Part shown: positions 62,500 through 64,000 of the stretch, one piece after another | Layout of the letters: each line of letters opens with the position of its first letter | Position numbering within the stretch: the first letter of the stretch is position 1 | Origin: Hemiscyllium ocellatum | Taxonomy: Eukaryota | Reading direction: 5' to 3' | Assembly (NCBI RefSeq): GCF_020745735.1 | Contig: NW_026867509.1 | Coordinates: 1,798,001 to 1,862,000, forward strand | Length of the DNA: 64,000 nt | The notes under the pieces: generated by a model | The model's input: the letters and a program-made list of their open reading frames with translations, nothing else | Told to the model about the DNA's origin: nothing | Database searches by the model: none | Made by a program: the position numbers and the translations under genes

Positions 62500-63369
62500 A
62501 AGGAATGACGGTGACATTAGAACTGAATGTCAGTTTTCTCGACTCAGCTCTGAACCTTTTCTTGATTACCAATTAGACACTATTGCAGGAACTGTGTACT
62601 GGGAAGATATTCATCTTCTCTGACAGGATTTACTGCAGTCATTGAAATACAGACCACTTATGTGGAGTTCATCTGGAATATGTACGTATTGATCATTTCC
62701 AGCATAACTGGTCCACTGAATGAGGAAGCTTAGAGAGATAGCGAAGTGCAGAATAAATAATAACTTGTGGTTGGACAGCTCCGGGTCTTTGTGGTTATCA
62801 ATTCAGAACCACCTCCTTCGGGCTTGGATGACTGCAATGATATGTTTGACGATCACATCATTGTAGGACAGAATGAGGAGGAATGACAGAAATGGTGTAG
62901 AGATGTGGTCCAATTGCGGTAGCCCTGCCAGGCACGTGACTTGTGAAAACTAGACCTGATACCAGATAATCAGGCATTATATTCAGGATGTTCAAGAGTC
63001 TGGAATTGAGTTAGAAATGGACTTTCTTCATGCTGCTCAGTTGACAAACTATTCATTTGGCTAGCAGTGCAGTTTTCATCGTGCAGTATCCGGTCTTCAG
63101 TTTCTGGCAGCAAATATCCACATAACGTTCAACAGTGAAGGCCACCATCAGGCACATAGAACAATCCAGAATTACAATTCCAAGAACATTATTGACCATA
63201 TACGCGGGAATGGTGAAAAAGGAAACTTGCAGGAACGTAGATGCCTTTAATTCTGTTGATAATGGCGACAGTGATGTTGACATGGAAATCAGTTACTGCA
63301 TCACCATCAGATAGCAGTTGTTGCATTAACATCGTGCCACAGATGAGTTCGCAATCATTAACAAGTTGG
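62500..63369 (-). pseudogene. GPR139-like pseudogene, complete exon 2 (exon 1 not found in the window)
   Basis: TTTTTGTCCAAG acceptor then (A)NLLMIA; INRIKGIY; DCSMCLMVAFTVERYVDICCQKLK; multiple stops and frameshifts. Confidence 0.85.
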
Positions 63370-64000
63370 CTTGGACAAAAAAGGGACATTACAGAGCTGA
63401 CATCAAACAGCAGATATTACCTCATCGAAATCTGATTGAAACCCTCCTGATATTTAACTTTCAAACGTCCCAATTCTAATCATTCCAAGGCTAACATCTA
63501 TGCCAGCATTCAATTGTGGATTAAACAATTGTGAATGAGTCACTTCAATCAGTCAATGACAAAAAAAACCTGCTCGTTGCCACTGTGTGAATTCTGAAGT
63601 TCCAACTATTGTGTGTCACCCAAACATAGACAAATTGTGGTCCATCCTATTTTCATCAAGGTCCATTCCGCAACAAACAGTTTGTGAAGTGAACTGCATT
63701 TACTTGTAACGTGATAATCTCTCAGTTTCAACAACCGCTTCTATCGAATTTCCAAATACCTGGATAGTCGTGACTGTCCTGACCCTGTTCATTTTTCAGT
63801 GATCACGAAGTTTGGCCAATCTACAATTGTAAAATTTTGACTAACCCTGAAATTAAATGTTCCATCTGTGCCCTTAGGAATCAAGATCTTGATCTCTGGA
63901 AATTCGTTCTTCGAGCGGTCAGAAATGTCTTCTTTTTTTAAGATGTTCTGGTAATTCTAGTTGGTTGACCAAACTTTATGCCAAATATGTCCTGACGTTT

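Larger units (their letters stand above)
45352..63240. repeat. Segmental duplication, copy B
   Basis: Colinear with 7068-26950; offset about 38.3 kb at the GPCR gene. Confidence 0.95.

Overview
Repeat-rich vertebrate genomic DNA, almost certainly from a shark or other elasmobranch (HE1-type SINEs, CR1 LINEs, shark-type Penelope termini). The window appears to be part of the V-segment region of a T-cell receptor alpha/delta-type locus. I find five TCR-type V segments. One is potentially functional and has its leader in the same exon as V (1256-1592, 23-RSS). One has an open frame and a good 23-RSS but has lost Cys23 and Trp41 (29139-29671). Three are pseudogenes, one of them weakly supported. 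Interleaved with them is an array of two-exon GPR139-like class A GPCR genes, all on the minus strand: two intact 322-aa paralogs (21167-23662 and 59537-62021), three pseudogenes and one orphan exon 1. About 20 kb (7068-~26950) is segmentally duplicated at 45352-~63240, which lets many insertions and deletions be dated relative to the duplication. The rest consists of CR1 LINE and SINE remnants, Penelope fragments (some with minimal hammerhead-ribozyme cores), Gypsy-type LTR pieces, an internally deleted tRNA-Pro-primed ERV with a perfect 5-bp TSD, and a decayed retrovirus-like pol region. A 500-N gap (6568-7067) hides one duplication boundary. All calls come from manual reading of the sequence; no searches were run.
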